Positions 1 to 12,602 of a DNA stretch of 64,000 nucleotides are shown here, one piece after another (position 1 is the stretch's first letter; each line of letters begins with the position of its first letter). The translations under genes and the position numbers were made by a program. Source of the DNA: Azolla caroliniana (taxonomy: Eukaryota; Plantae; Polypodiophyta). The notes under the pieces were generated by a model that saw only the letters and a list, made by a program, of their open reading frames with translations, searched no databases and was not told the origin of the DNA. The DNA is taken from the NCBI GenBank assembly GCA_043228905.1, contig JBHGNT010000015.1, positions 12,028,001 through 12,092,000 on the forward strand, read 5' to 3'.

Positions 1-243
1 ATGAGCCTTGCTCTCTTCATTGAAGTTGTTGTACAGGCTCATGTCGATGAAGCACCGTATGTACGCCGTTGTTTTCATGTGCCTCACCTCCCATATCGCG
101 GCGTCGATTTTGTCCGGTCTCTTGTCCCTGAACTGAACCGGCAGCCAGAGGTCTTTAACCACGAGAATGTCCTTCATCTTCGACTTCCACACTGAGTAGT
201 TGGAGCCGGTGAGCTTGAACATGCCGCCAAACGATTCGTCCAT
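1..243 (-). CDS. gag: Copia Gag N-terminus (partial)
   Basis: Manual translation MDESFGGMFKLTGSNYSVWKSKMKDILVVKDLWLPV... matches the copia LxGxNYxxW gag start and is open to the window edge. Confidence 0.85.
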   Translation of the reverse strand, partial: MDESFGGMFKLTGSNYSVWKSKMKDILVVKDLWLPVQFRDKRPDKIDAAIWEVRHMKTTAYIRCFIDMSLYNNFNEESKAH

Positions 244-540
244 TTTCTGTCTCGTTTTGCTGTGATACCACTTGACAGGAACTGTACGCTCCTTCTACGC
301 AATGCTCGGCCACAACCGAGCTTAGAATCATACACAGAAAAAACGGGAAATAAACACGACACAGAGAAGAGAAGAGTACACAGGATGTTTACGTGGAAAA
401 CCCAAAGAGGGAAAAAACCACGGCAGCCCACAGGCTGCAAACTATCACTATGTTAGAATGTACAACAGTGAGTTCACGGATGCAACGACCTCGTGCTCAC
501 GATCTTCGCCACAGGCGGCGGTTACAACAGAGGCAATGAC

Positions 541-585
<45 letters not shown>

Positions 586-763
586 CACGGTTACGCGCTA
601 TCTCTCTTCTTGCACCAACAAGAACAACAACAATAGAACACTAAAAAGTTTGCCCGAAGTCATATTTATACTAATATGACTTTTCGGCTATTTACAAATA
701 TAGCCTCGATGGACTCTCAGAAACATATTTACGAATATGTCTCTTCATCCGGTGAGCATTCCT

Positions 764-1055
764 CACCGGGTCTGCACCATCCGGCTCTCCGTAGCCGGGT
801 ACTCCTCATCCGGTTCTCACCAGGTCTGCACCATTCAGCTCTCCGTAGTCGGGTACTCATCATCCGGTTCTCACCGGTTCTGCACCATCCGGCTCTCCGT
901 AGCCGGGTACTCCTCATCCGGTTCTCACCGGGTCTGCACCATCCGGCTCTCCATAGCCGGGTACTCCTCATCCGGTTCTCACCGGGTCTGCACCATCCGG
1001 ATCTCCGTAGCCGGGTACTCCTCATCTGGTCTTCACCGGGTCTGCACCATCCGGT
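764..1055. repeat. 54-bp tandem repeat (~5.5 copies) in U3 of the copia Z LTR
   Basis: tctgcaccat recurs at 771, 825, 879, 933, 987 and 1041. Confidence 0.92.
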
Positions 1056-1105
1056 TTCGGCATTGTTCTTCTCCCTTCCCATCCGGAGGGACCTGTCTCC
1101 CAACA

Positions 1106-1477
1106 CATGTAATGGTTCACGCAGGAAGCGTGAACGGCTGGCTAAATAGACCCTGCGTATATAAAGGGCAGAAAACCTCTGATAGAGGGGCGTGTAATTT
1201 TGGAATGTAAAGGAACGTATCATAATAGAATTCTATCTTCTCGAAAATTCTGTGTATAGCTACGGCTAATCTACTATATGTCTGGAATACCTGAGCGTGT
1301 AAGAACGTAAGTGTAACCATTGCTAAGGAGTCGGTTGTAGCCGTCTCCCTTATACACTGATAGGTTACAGGGAACATTCCCCTACACATTGCGCATAGAC
1401 GCCTATTTGTTGTTCCACAACCACTGGGAGGTCTAGGTCAAAGGACTGACCGCAGATCGTGTTCCTAAGCGGTAACA
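1106..1477 (-). mobile_element. Partial LTR into which copia Z probably inserted
   Basis: Ends in ggtaaca (reverse complement TGTTACC, same as the G1/G2 LTR start) exactly where copia H sequence resumes. Contains a TATA-like tatataaa. Confidence 0.55.
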
Positions 1478-1836
1478 GTGCACTTGGCCTTTAGTTGATC
1501 TGGCTTCTCTGAATCTTGAACCGAATCGGTTTCCTCCGATTCATTCCAACTCTTGTTTGAATCGGTCGCTTCCGATTCGTTCCGGCTCTTGTCCGAGTCG
1601 GTGTTCTCCAACTCGTCTTCCGGTTTCAGGTCCTTCACCACATCAGGCCATGTCCGGGTAGTGGTTTTCTCCTTCCGGTCGGCTCTATCCTTCTTGACTC
1701 TGCCATCGCTACTGCTCATTCTGACTTGTTCGGATGTGCCAACTTCCTTTGTCGACTCAGCTTCCTTTTTCCTCTTGTCTCCCCCTTTGTTGGTTCTTCC
1801 CTTTTTGGTTTCTTGTCCAGTGTCGTCAATAGTTTC

Positions 1837-2332
1837 TTAGCCTTTGCCCGTTCTCCCCCTCAAGTGCGGCACGTCGAGATGCTGAACACCAAGCATTTCG
1901 GTGAAGTGCTGCAACTTGTCGGATCCGAGCGGTTTGGTGAAGATGTCGGCAACTTGCCGATCCGTTTGAACATACCAAAGTTCGACTTCACTGCTCAGGA
2001 CCTGCTCACGCACGAAGTGGTAGTGCATTTCTATGTGCTTTGTTCGAGCATGGATTGCTGATGTTGTCGTAGTAGATTAGGATCGGGGTCGATACCTTGA
2101 TCCGTAGGTCTTGTAGTAGAAGCTGAAGCCAGATGGCTTCACAGGTGGTAATGATAACGCCTTGGTATTCAGCCTCAGTGCTCGACAGAGCCATTGTTGG
2201 CTGCATTTTGCTGCTCCACGCAACAGTTGCGCTACCAAGGGAAAACATGTAACCGGAGGTGGATTGGCAATCCGATGCATCACTAGCCCAGTCGACATCG
2301 GTATATCCGACTAGCTTCCCAGTTATACCATG
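1837..2332 (-). pseudogene. pol: Copia H RNase H domain (frameshifted)
   Basis: Motifs ALSSTEAEY, YHFVREQV and QVADIFTKPL. Confidence 0.9.
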
Positions 2333-2773
2333 TGTTACCGGCCGGCAAAGGAGTCCAGAGTGTGAAAAGAAGGAGTTATTTAATTATTAGGAATGGTTGT
2401 ATGTAAGCTATGAGTGTGGATGGATGGGCCAGAATCGGTATGCCGTTCCGGATCCGGACCGATCCCGAACAAGTGCGGATGGCACCGTTTTGTACTACAG
2501 ACCGGAAACCTATTTAAAGGCACGGATACAATGTAATGAGGAGCGGATAATTAATAATGCTTAGTGTTGTTATCTCTCTGTGTTAATTGCCATTCTGCAT
2601 TCATTGTTATATCTTACGCGTGTGATTATTAAGGACGATCTTGTTAAGTAGCCTAATTAAGTCAGATTAATGGTTGAGTCTAATCCTATTGCCGTAACAC
2701 CCCTTTGGTGAAGTGTCTTCCGTAGACACCCTGTGTTAGGCCATTGTCCGGCCCTAAGAGTTAACACAGTTTT

Positions 2774-2784
2774 TGGCGACCACA
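2774..2784 (+). promoter_or_regulatory. PBS of G1, TGGCGACCACA (tRNA-Arg-type)
   Basis: Follows the LTR after cagtttt. Complementary to a ...GTGGTCGCCA tRNA 3' end. The same motif occurs in G2 at ~20206. Confidence 0.7.
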
Positions 2785-2819
2785 ATTCCTGTTTTTGTAG
2801 CGAATGACGACACCAATGG

Positions 2820-5800
2820 ATGACTAGATCAACGCACGACTTGGTTACCTATCGAACTCGACGCCTTGCCGAAAGGCAAAGGAGACGTTAGGCTTTCCAG
2901 CAAGCGGCGCAGGAAATTAGAGCGGATCGCTCGTTTTCCAACGTAATCCGGAGGGTAGCGGAGGAGTCCCTCCGGTTACAGCAAACATCGCACCTGGACG
3001 ACGACAGCAACCTAAGCAGTCTCCGGGAAACCGAATCCCTTCTCCAAGCGTTGGCAAGCGGAGAAGGTGAAGCAGAAGCCTTTTCAGCGTATGAATTGGA
3101 TTCCAAAGACAGAGACAACGTGCACACGAACTACCGTAGCAGTAACGACACCCCGGGCGGACCGGAGGACGAAGGATCGGACACCTTACCGACACCGGAA
3201 CCGGAAGTGCTAAGGCTGGAACCTCCAGAACCAACAGAGGAAGAGCGATCCCTGACACCAGAAGTCAAGGAGGAGAGGCCTCCGTCACCAAAAGAAGAGG
3301 AAAGACCACCGACACCGGAAACAAATCAGGAAAGACCAGTGACGCCAGAGAAAAACCAGGAACGACCACCAACACCGCCAGCCCGCGCACCGATACCGGA
3401 CGACGACATGCCGTTCCAGTACTTCAAGTATAGAGATGATCCAGACGCGGAAGCTCATGTTCACGCCTTTGAACAGACATGGGAAGCAAACCATGTGTCC
3501 CAGTGATTGACCCGGAGGAAGAGGAACGCTCTAAGATAGCAGAATTTGGCGTCACATTGGAAGGACCGACAGCGAGATGGCGCCGGACGCAGGACCCGTC
3601 TACCATCACCACCTTCGGAGATTTAAAAGCTAAATTCTTGCATTTTCTCCAAAAGGAGGTGGACCAGACAGTAATGGTGGGCTTGTTTTATACCATCCGA
3701 CAGGAGGCAGGGGAGAGCATTCCCCAGTTTGTCATCCGGTTTCAACGGATGCATAGTAAGCTTGCCCGCGCACCCTCAGAGGAGGAATTACGGACTATAT
3801 TTCTGAATGCGATCCGGGAACCCCTACGCACGGTGTGCACGGTAATTGACTTCCGTGCAAGTACCATCGACTAGGTCATTGACCGAGTGAGAGAGATGGA
3901 AAAGACAAGCTCCTGGCTCACGCTGGGAGCACTCCAACGGGCGTTACCGTCCGATGAAGACCTCCGGTTTCGGCAAGCAATACAGTGCACAACTTGCTTG
4001 AATTCCGGACACTCGGCACTAGAATTCACTATGAGTACGCAATGTGTAATCTGTCAATCCAAGGGCCATACGACGGATAGGTGCGAGTATAATCTATTGA
4101 ACCGGCAAGCACCGCCCGTCCGACAAATAGAGCCACGCAACAGCGGGGATGAAGAAGAGGAACGTTGGCGGCGAATGGACCGCGACCGACCGGCACAAGA
4201 TGTCCGGTATGGCGATCGACGGGAGAATGATGTCCGGTACGGTGATGGGCGGGATAACTACGACCGGCATGATAGATATGATCGGTACCGGGATTACAAT
4301 AGACGATACGAACATTACGACCGGGAGCACTCCCCCGGGTATCGTCAGCAACGGGAGGAATACCACAGATATAACAACCAACCTCGTCAAGAGTACCGCA
4401 ATAAGAAGAACTATAACAAAACACAACATTTCAAAAAAGGTGGCTACCCACGGGATCCGGAACAAGGAGCTTCAAGCAGCCAACCGGCCCAAAACCCCGC
4501 GCTTACCACAGGTTCGGCCTCGGGTACAACAGACAATGCCGAATCCAGCAATACCCGGAAAGCCTACTGCTACTACTGCCGACAGGAAGGCCATTATAGT
4601 AATCAATGCCCGACGAAGAGCTATGACAAACGACCGGCAATAAATATGGTAGTCCATGAAGTGGCAGATCTGCAGCAGGTGACCACAAGGTCGAAGGGCA
4701 TGGCCAAGGAATGGGAGACGTAGGAGACCATTCGGAAGCAAGCGACGGAATGGGTGAAGAAAGCAAATGAGCAAAACGTAATAGACTTACAGCAGCAAAA
4801 GGAGAACACCGTAGGGCTTGCCGGCGGCAGTCACGCCGGAAACGAGACATGGCAGGTGTTGCAAGAATGCCAAATTACGCTGCCACTAGGAAGACTCCTT
4901 CAGCTCGTGCCGAGATTCATGGAAGGACTGAAGACAGCGATGACAGAAGGAGAATCATCACCGGCACCGGTACTCTTCTCGAATCCGGAGGAGGGACCAA
5001 TGGTGGTGGACACCAACAGTCCGGTAATTACTACGATTGTAAAAGGGAAAGAACTCCCCGGCACAGTAATAGACAGAGGCTTCAGGGTGAATGTAATAAG
5101 CCTCCGGATGTGTGATGCCCTGGGAATCCCAAGTGGAAGCCGTGTCCGTTCTGGTTATGGATGGCCGATACAAGCTCAGTGCGGCCGACAGGATTAATAC
5201 GAAAGTTAGAAGTCACCGTTGGCGGTCATACATTTCACATCTCGGTAGTAGTGCTACAATTACAGGCACAAGGCGCATACCCGCTATTGCTGGGGCGGCC
5301 GTGGTTGAAAACGACACATATCAAACAGAATTGGAGGAAAAATATAATTACCTTCCGGCGAGGAAAAGCTAAGGTACGCGTACCAACACAACCAAGGACG
5401 AGCACGGCCAAGGAATGTACACCGTTGTATGCAGAGTGCGTCAACATGCTAGAAGGGTTAGCTGACGAAGAAGAAGCTCAGTACTTGCAGGAAAACCCGA
5501 AGATCGTACCCCTCTTCGAAATTGACATTGCCGAAGCAGTAGCACCATACTTACCGTAGCCGGAAGAGACTGAAGCAGAACCGGATAAAGATGCAATCCG
5601 AGAGTCACGGCAAGCGCAGGAAGCCTTGGAATGGGAAATGGCCGTTTCACAGCGCGTAAAAGCGTCGCAACTTGAAGAGGTGAACCTAGGGACCACAAAC
5701 GAAGCAAAACCGGTGCACATCGCCAAGGAGATGAAGTCCGAAGACAAAACGGCGATGATCACACTTCTCACGGAATTTCGCGACGTGTTTGCCTGGTCAT

Positions 5801-7989
5801 ACGAAGACATGCGAGGGCTCGACCCTCAGTTATACCAGCATCAGATTCACTTGAGCAAGGACGCAAAACCGGTGGCACAAAGATGGTACCGGATGAGTCC
5901 CAATTATGCCGCAAAAGTCAAGGAGGAAATCGACAAACTGCTAAGAGTGGGCTTTATCCGTCCGGTAAAGAAAGCGACATGGCTGAGCCCGATCGTAGTC
6001 GTACCGAAGAAGAACGGAAAAATTCGAGTTTGTGTGGACTACCGAAAACTCAATGCGGCTACGATAACGGATGCGTTTCCACTTCCATTCACAGATGGAG
6101 TGTTGGATGCCGTCGCCGGCCATCAGGTCTATAGCTTTCTAGACGGATTTAGCGGGTATAATTAGATCCGGATGCACCCCGACGACCAAGAGAAAACGGC
6201 TTTCGTCACCGAATGGGGTGTTTGTGGCCGTGGTGATGATGTTCGGACTCAAAACGGCACCGACAACATTTCAACGAATCATTATGGAAATCTTTGGTGA
6301 ATATATCCCGGCTTTTATGCAAGTTTTCCTTGACGATTTCGCCGTTTATAGCCGGGAGGAGGACCATTTTCAGCACCTCCGTCTTTGTCTAGAAAAGTGT
6401 AGAGCGTACCGGCTAAGCTTGAATCCGGCAAAGTGTGTATTTGGCGTGTCCAGTGGAACCTTATTAGGACATATTGTGAGCCAGGAAGGTATTGCAGTCG
6501 ACCCAGACAAGGTGAAAGCCATATTAGAAGCACTGGTGCCGGCAACGGCAAAGGCATTGAGCCGGTTCTTAGGCCAGATCCGGTGGCACAGCTGGATGCT
6601 CCGATACTTGGCCGACCTGGCTACACCGTTGCATGCCCCCGTACATCGAACACCATTCCAGTGGACCGACACCGAGGATAGGACTTATAGGGCCCTCAAG
6701 GTACTATTGTCGCAAGCACTAGTAGTGCAGCCTCCGGATTGGAGTAAAGAATTTCATGTGTTCGTGGACGCCTCCGACATCGCAATCGGAAGCGTACTGA
6801 TGCAGCTTACGGAGCCAAAGTGGTACCGGCCAGTGTACTATGCCAGCCGAAAGCTATCCCAAGCGGAACGGAACTACTCTACTACGGAATGGGAAGCTCT
6901 AGGGATGATCTACAGTGTGACAGAGTTTCGGCATTATTTATTAGGAAGGAAGTTTTCCTTCCATGTAGATCATTCGACACTCCTTTACCTGGTGTCCAAG
7001 GCGTTACTCACCGGTAAGTTGGCCCGGTGGACCTTACTGTTACAGGAATTCGAGTTTGAAATATTCCACCGACCCGGTATACAGCATGTCGTGGCGGATT
7101 ACTTAAGCCGATTAGAGTCCGGAGAGACGGGTGACGGAGTAGCGGACGAGTTTCCGGATGCGGACCTGTTTTCGAGTCATTACGGAAATGGCAGCAGATG
7201 AGACGGTGGCACAGGAAGACAAGTGGCTCACAAATATGCACCAGTTTCTGAGCACAGGACTGCTTCCGGAAGAGATGAACCAGGACGAAAGGAAACGCCT
7301 GGCGGTGTAAAGCCGACATTTCTACTTACTGCGAGACACACTTTACCACAAGGGCGCGGACGACATATGGAGACGGGCTGTGCGCAGCGATGAAAAGGAC
7401 CTCATACTGAGGGAAGCCCACTGCGGAGTTGCCGGAGGTCACTATGCCGGAGATGCGATGGCCAGGAAAATATGGCAAAGTGGCCTATGGTGGCCAACGA
7501 CATTAAGAGATGTTGTACGGTACGCAAAAGAATGTGACCTATGCCAGCGAATGGGCCAGCCAACGGAGCAGGCTCGGATGCCACACTAGCCTGTACTACC
7601 ACTCGAACCATTCTAGAAGTGGGGGTTGGACTTTGTTGGACCGTTCAAACCACCAGCAATAAGAACAGGTAATTGGTACGTCATCGTCGCGACGGATTAC
7701 TACACGAAATGGGTGGAGGCCAAAGCCTTAAGAGACAACAACGCTGCGTCAACGACAAAATTTCTATACGAGCACATCTGGTGCCGTTACGGATGCCCAA
7801 TCGAATTAATAAGAGACCAAGGGGGACACTTTCTCGGCCAAGTAGTTGAAAGCCTGACGCCATTCTATGCCGTTGTCCATAAACGGAGCACACCATACTA
7901 TCCGCAAGCGAATGGTGTCGCGTTGTTACGCGCGTGCGTGGAGAACAAGGCGGGACCACTGGGGTCTTGGACCGAGGAATAGGTGAGAA

Positions 7990-8052
<63 letters not shown>

Positions 8053-9362
8053 GCTCACACACCTATAGACAAAGAAGCGCACGAGGACGCGGCCCAACAA
8101 CACAGGAGACACGAGTTGAGAACACTAGCGTATGTATATAAATGTATGAAGACAACTCAAACGGTTACAGCCGACCAGGTCAGCGAGATGGATGTCGGCG
8201 CCTGATCACCCACGCACACAGGAGAGCAAGATGGAGATTCTGCCGGAAGCACACGGGTGTTCCACAGAGCAGGATCAACCTCCTGAGAACCTGCGCAAAA
8301 GAAAGCTATGGAGAACGACAGAGAAGAAGAGCTCGGTCCCAGTCCGACAGCACTTTGTCACTTTTAGCGCACGATACCCTCTCTCCCCCGTCTCCCTCTC
8401 TTTTATAGCTCAAGGAGGGAGGCCGTTTCACCCGTTTATATCACATTAATTCTCTGTCCTTTCCGACAGAGATACCCCTCGATTTTCCCCTATAGAATAT
8501 TGCTACCTAGGATTTGACCTTTGTGCCTACCTATCTACTATACAACAAGGGGCGTGCCCACGTGTAAGGCTCGGTTCACACACACTATACACGGTTTGCG
8601 CCTGGGGACGGTTTTCTCCACAACAACGGGTTAGCTAAATCGACGAACAAAACGCTCCAGAATATCCTCCAGAAGATCGTCAACGAAAACCGAACGGATT
8701 GGGATACCAAGCTACATAGCGCGCTTTGGGCATACCGGACAACATACAAAACGAGCATCCGGACAACACCATTCCGGTTAGCGTTCGGACTAGAGGCGGT
8801 CATGCCGGTGGAATTCCAAGTACCAAGCTTACGGATCCAGCTATGGGAACGGCTGAACGAGGAGTCGGAGGCAATACGGTTAACAGCGCTGTGTGAACTC
8901 GAGGAACAACGACTGGCAAGCATCCTGCACTTAGAATTGGAACAACGGTGACGGAAAGCATTTGTCGACCGGCACAGGAAAGGAAATGAAAAAGTGTTCG
9001 CAATCGGCAAGCCGGTGTTAGTATTTTAGACCTGGATGGGTAAGATGCCGGGTAAACTACGGTTTAGATGGACCTGTCCGTATTGGCTGACACATGAGTA
9101 TAATGGGTCCTACCAGTTAGGGACACTTGCCGGCGAAGTGCTAGGCAAATGGGTCAACGGATTCCGATTGAAGCCATATAGAGGACCGATGCCCAACAAC
9201 CCATTTGAGCAAAGGACCGACACCGGTGAGGAAACGGCAACCTGTGAGGGGAACGACAACCACCAAGACGGAGGAGACGGCAAGCCGGTAATAGGGGAGA
9301 ATGAGGCGATGGAAAACCGTAATGAGGCCGGTAATGGTCCGATAGGACCACCGGAAAACTAA
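2820..9362 (+). pseudogene. gag-pol: G1 gag-pol with many premature stops, interrupted by a solo LTR in the integrase
   Basis: Three CCHC knuckles, RT WLSPIVVVPKKNG..FLDD, RH VDASDIAIG, INT DFVGPF..YYPQANG. Colinear with G2. Confidence 0.93.
7916..8625. mobile_element. Solo LTR (710 bp) in the G1 integrase
   Basis: Termini TGTCGCG...CACAACA. Splits the codons of YPQANGLA with a 4-bp TSD ATGG/ACGG. Contains (AG)n at ~7993-8050. Confidence 0.82.
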
Positions 9363-9735
9363 CCTCACAGCACAAAAAAAAGAAAAAAGAAAAGAAAAAG
9401 CGAAGTAATCATGCAAAAGCGAGGTATGAATGGACGAGAGAGCGAGGAGCGAAAAGGTACGTAGTGGGCATTTAAGCGCCACCACAAGACATAATGCTAT
9501 TTTAGTACACGACGTGCACACACTCGAAAAAGGCGCCAGAATGCACAGAGAAAAACCACTGCGAGTGGAAACCCTCTACTTTCGCGAACCCAGGAGCACA
9601 GAAGCACCAAGGCGCTTGAAGATCATCAGACGAGAACCTACGCACAGAGAGCCCCCGCCTTCTGAACTCTCTCTCTCTCACTCTCACTCTCATCACTAGC
9701 CAACCTCGCCACCACAATCCGACCTCGACACAAAC

Positions 9736-12540
9736 ATGAACCCGCAAACATTGTCGGAAGCCGCTAAGAAATGGCTAAAGCAACACAGGCTCGAGGGCTT
9801 CTTGACGATTGTGGAGGTACCGCCACACAAAGAAGCCGACAAGGTGATCAAAGAAATCGACACAGAGGTCATAACGGATGAGGCAATCCGTGCGTTAACA
9901 GGCCTTCCGGAGGGAGGCATATTCACGATTGACAATCCGACCTCGGAGCAACTCATCAAGTATTTTGGTGAGTACTCCCTAGCCAGCAAGGGCTACCGTA
10001 CACAAGGCGGCGGAGATATCCTGTTCTGAGAGATTGCCCATGTGCTCCATGAATACGGCCATGTGTACCCTAGACCCCTTGTTATGCTGCAGAACCAGGC
10101 AGGCATGATCATCGCCACCTATGAAGGGATCAAGGTGGATTGGCCGGTATTGATCGCAGACTGTTTGTGTGCGGCGATGGAGATCATCAAAGGAAAAGAC
10201 GGCAAAGAAGGCCGAGAAGGACGGAGGATATGGCACGCAGTAATGCAGTGGCTCGCCTTGCTTGTGCCACCCGTCGAGCCCAAGAAGTGGGGAAGAGTGG
10301 CGGATGGCACCCCAAAGATGGCTTCCAAAAGACAACAACTGTTGGCCTCTAAGGCCACTAAGGGGAAGGCGGCAGACGCAGAACAGGCGGGAAAGGAGAG
10401 CGCCAGCCGGAAGCGGCCAACGGATGCGTAGGAGGAACCACCGGTACGGCCCGTAAAGGTTACACTCTGCCGACCGGTGAATAGAGAAGCGGACCCCTTG
10501 GCGGCAAAACTCAATGCCGGGACTCAGGAAGAGGAAATAGAGGAGGAGCCTATGGAGCACCTCCAGTGACGGTCGTCAACAAGGACCGTTGAGGCAGCCG
10601 GGAAACGTTCGGACCCTCAGACGGAGGGAACACCAGCTCCCCATACTGAGACTCACACGCCAAGGGAGGAACTGGAACCGGTGCGCACGGCACCGGAATC
10701 AGAAGCCCCTGCACCACCGGCAGCACCGGCAAGTCCCATTCCGCTAGAGCCGGAAAGGTCAATACAGCCTCCCTCGGCCAACCAAGAAGAAGCGCAAGGG
10801 GAACCGGGATAGCAGGGTGGTCCACGGGCAGAAACGGAATTGCAACTCGACGCAATTAGGCGGGACCACCCATCTACAAGCGAGCCCATCTGTCAAACCT
10901 CCGTGCAAGCACAACAACAATGCACCGGTAACCTGTGGCTCTGGTGGATAGGCGAACAGATTGCCGGAGCAGTGGGGTATATTGAGGCGGAAGAAAGAGC
11001 GCAAAGCGAACGATTGTTCGTCACAACCGCACAACTAGAGACGGCCCGGTCCAGAATCCGGTGCCTTGAAAAAGACTTGGATCAGGTCACGGCAGAGATG
11101 GCCAAAATGGCCTTAACGGCAACACAGATCCAAACACCGGTGACTCCGGTAAGTGTACAGAATAAAGAAACAGATCAACCTGTACATACCAATAAGACCC
11201 CGGCAACGGAAACCGTTCCAGAGAGAGATGCGGCGCAAGCCCAGGAGCTTGCGGAATTGGGAGATGAACTTGCCGCACAAGAAGCGCTAAGGAGCTGGGA
11301 ACGGGAATTGAAGACAGCGGCCGAAGCAGAATTAAAGAAGACTGCTGAGAACCTCCGCCGGGCAGAGGAGAGCCTCCGGAAAGGCCATCAAGCGTACGAT
11401 TGGCTAAGGGAGGAAAAAGACAAAGTGCTGTAGGAAAAGGACAAGCTACGGAAGACAGCGGAAACGGAAATTGAACGGCTAAAGGAAGAGCTCCGCCAGC
11501 AGAAGGACCGCGAGGACCGGGCCCGTCGACAGATCAACGCACGGCTCAAGCAAAAGACAGATGATTTTGAGCACCTGCACTGGGACTACAAATGGCTGGA
11601 AACGGAGCATAAGGAACAGATGGCCGAGCTCTAGCAGGAAGTTGATTGGGCCGCGACAGCGATCGCCAACGAGCGTGCGGAAAATACAAGACGGTTGGAC
11701 GAGGCAGAGAATGTCCGGATGGAACTCCAGAGGCAGCAGCAGGAAGAAAAGGAGAGAGCGTCAACGGTATTGCAAAAATTACAAAGCACATATCAAAGGC
11801 AATTGACGCATTACAAGGAATAGGCGGAAGACAACGTCAAAATCATCAAGCAATTGAAGGAGGAACGACAAGCGGCGGAGATCAAATCGCAATTGGGAAC
11901 GGGCCAGATTCAGTGCATCCTCTGGGCATGGCTGAATCAAACAAAACGCTTGATTGACGAAAGCTCCGTAAGATGGTGGACAAAGTGGTCACAAAATGCG
12001 GCGGAACTCCAATTGCTACGGGAAGACATGGCAAACCGGCGGAAGGAAGGAGATTATTGTTACACGTTGACTTTCGAGGACTTCACCGCCATACGGGATG
12101 AGCTGGCCGAAGACTTCCAAGTCCTGGCGGATGAACAACTAGTGCAGGTCCGGCAACTCGTAGCTCAGCTAGACGATGATAGGCTGGATGCTCAAATCCA
12201 GTTTGAAAGCTACGAGCGGTCCCGGGTTCGGGAAGAAAAAGCACGGGAAGCGACAACGGTTAACCTTAGTGATGAGGAACCGTCGCCGGCCGAGGGCCAG
12301 GCCGGAACCAATCAACCGGAGACCACTACGACGGCTGGAGTAACGACGCAAACGCCGATGTCAGAGCAACAAACAGAGGAGTAGCGACAACAGCCACCAA
12401 AGGACCAGTCGCAGCAGCCATCAACAGAGCACCAATAGCAGCAGCAACAACCACAACAACAACAACAACAACAACCAATTCCAGATGAACCATTGGAGAC
12501 TCTCGAACAAAGCATTCTGGATATTTTGGACGAAGAATAG
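9736..12540 (+). pseudogene. G1 extra ORF (globular N-domain plus long coiled coil), stop-disrupted
   Basis: In-frame fragments 9736-10029, 10042-10431, 10840-11433 and 11854-12384 align with G2 26459-29158. Confidence 0.88.
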
Positions 12541-12602
12541 CAAGGGTCGGATGGTGGATTCAACGTACAAGGTACTGTCCCACGGGCGTGCCATGTGTTA
12601 CC

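Larger units (their letters stand above)
1..1105 (-). mobile_element. Ty1/copia element Z, 5' end (LTR 273-1105, PBS, gag start); runs off the window edge
   Basis: TG..CA-bounded LTR whose outer end resembles the copia A/B LTRs (ccatccggagggacc...cccaaca). Minus-strand PBS TGGTATCACAGC at 259-270, then gag. Confidence 0.88.

Noticed and set aside
676-1223. Repetitive ORFs in LTR tandem repeats, and the many antisense ORFs over pol genes
   Set aside because: These are by-products of repeats with lengths divisible by 3 and of GC-rich codon usage. No domain motifs.
7993-8050. (AG)n/(CT)n microsatellites
   Set aside because: Ordinary components of several LTRs in this window.
2328-12595. G1 TSD CCATG equals the 5 nt preceding its 3' LTR
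   Set aside because: The host copia frame is continuous across the TSD and G2 has a different TSD, so it is treated as coincidence.
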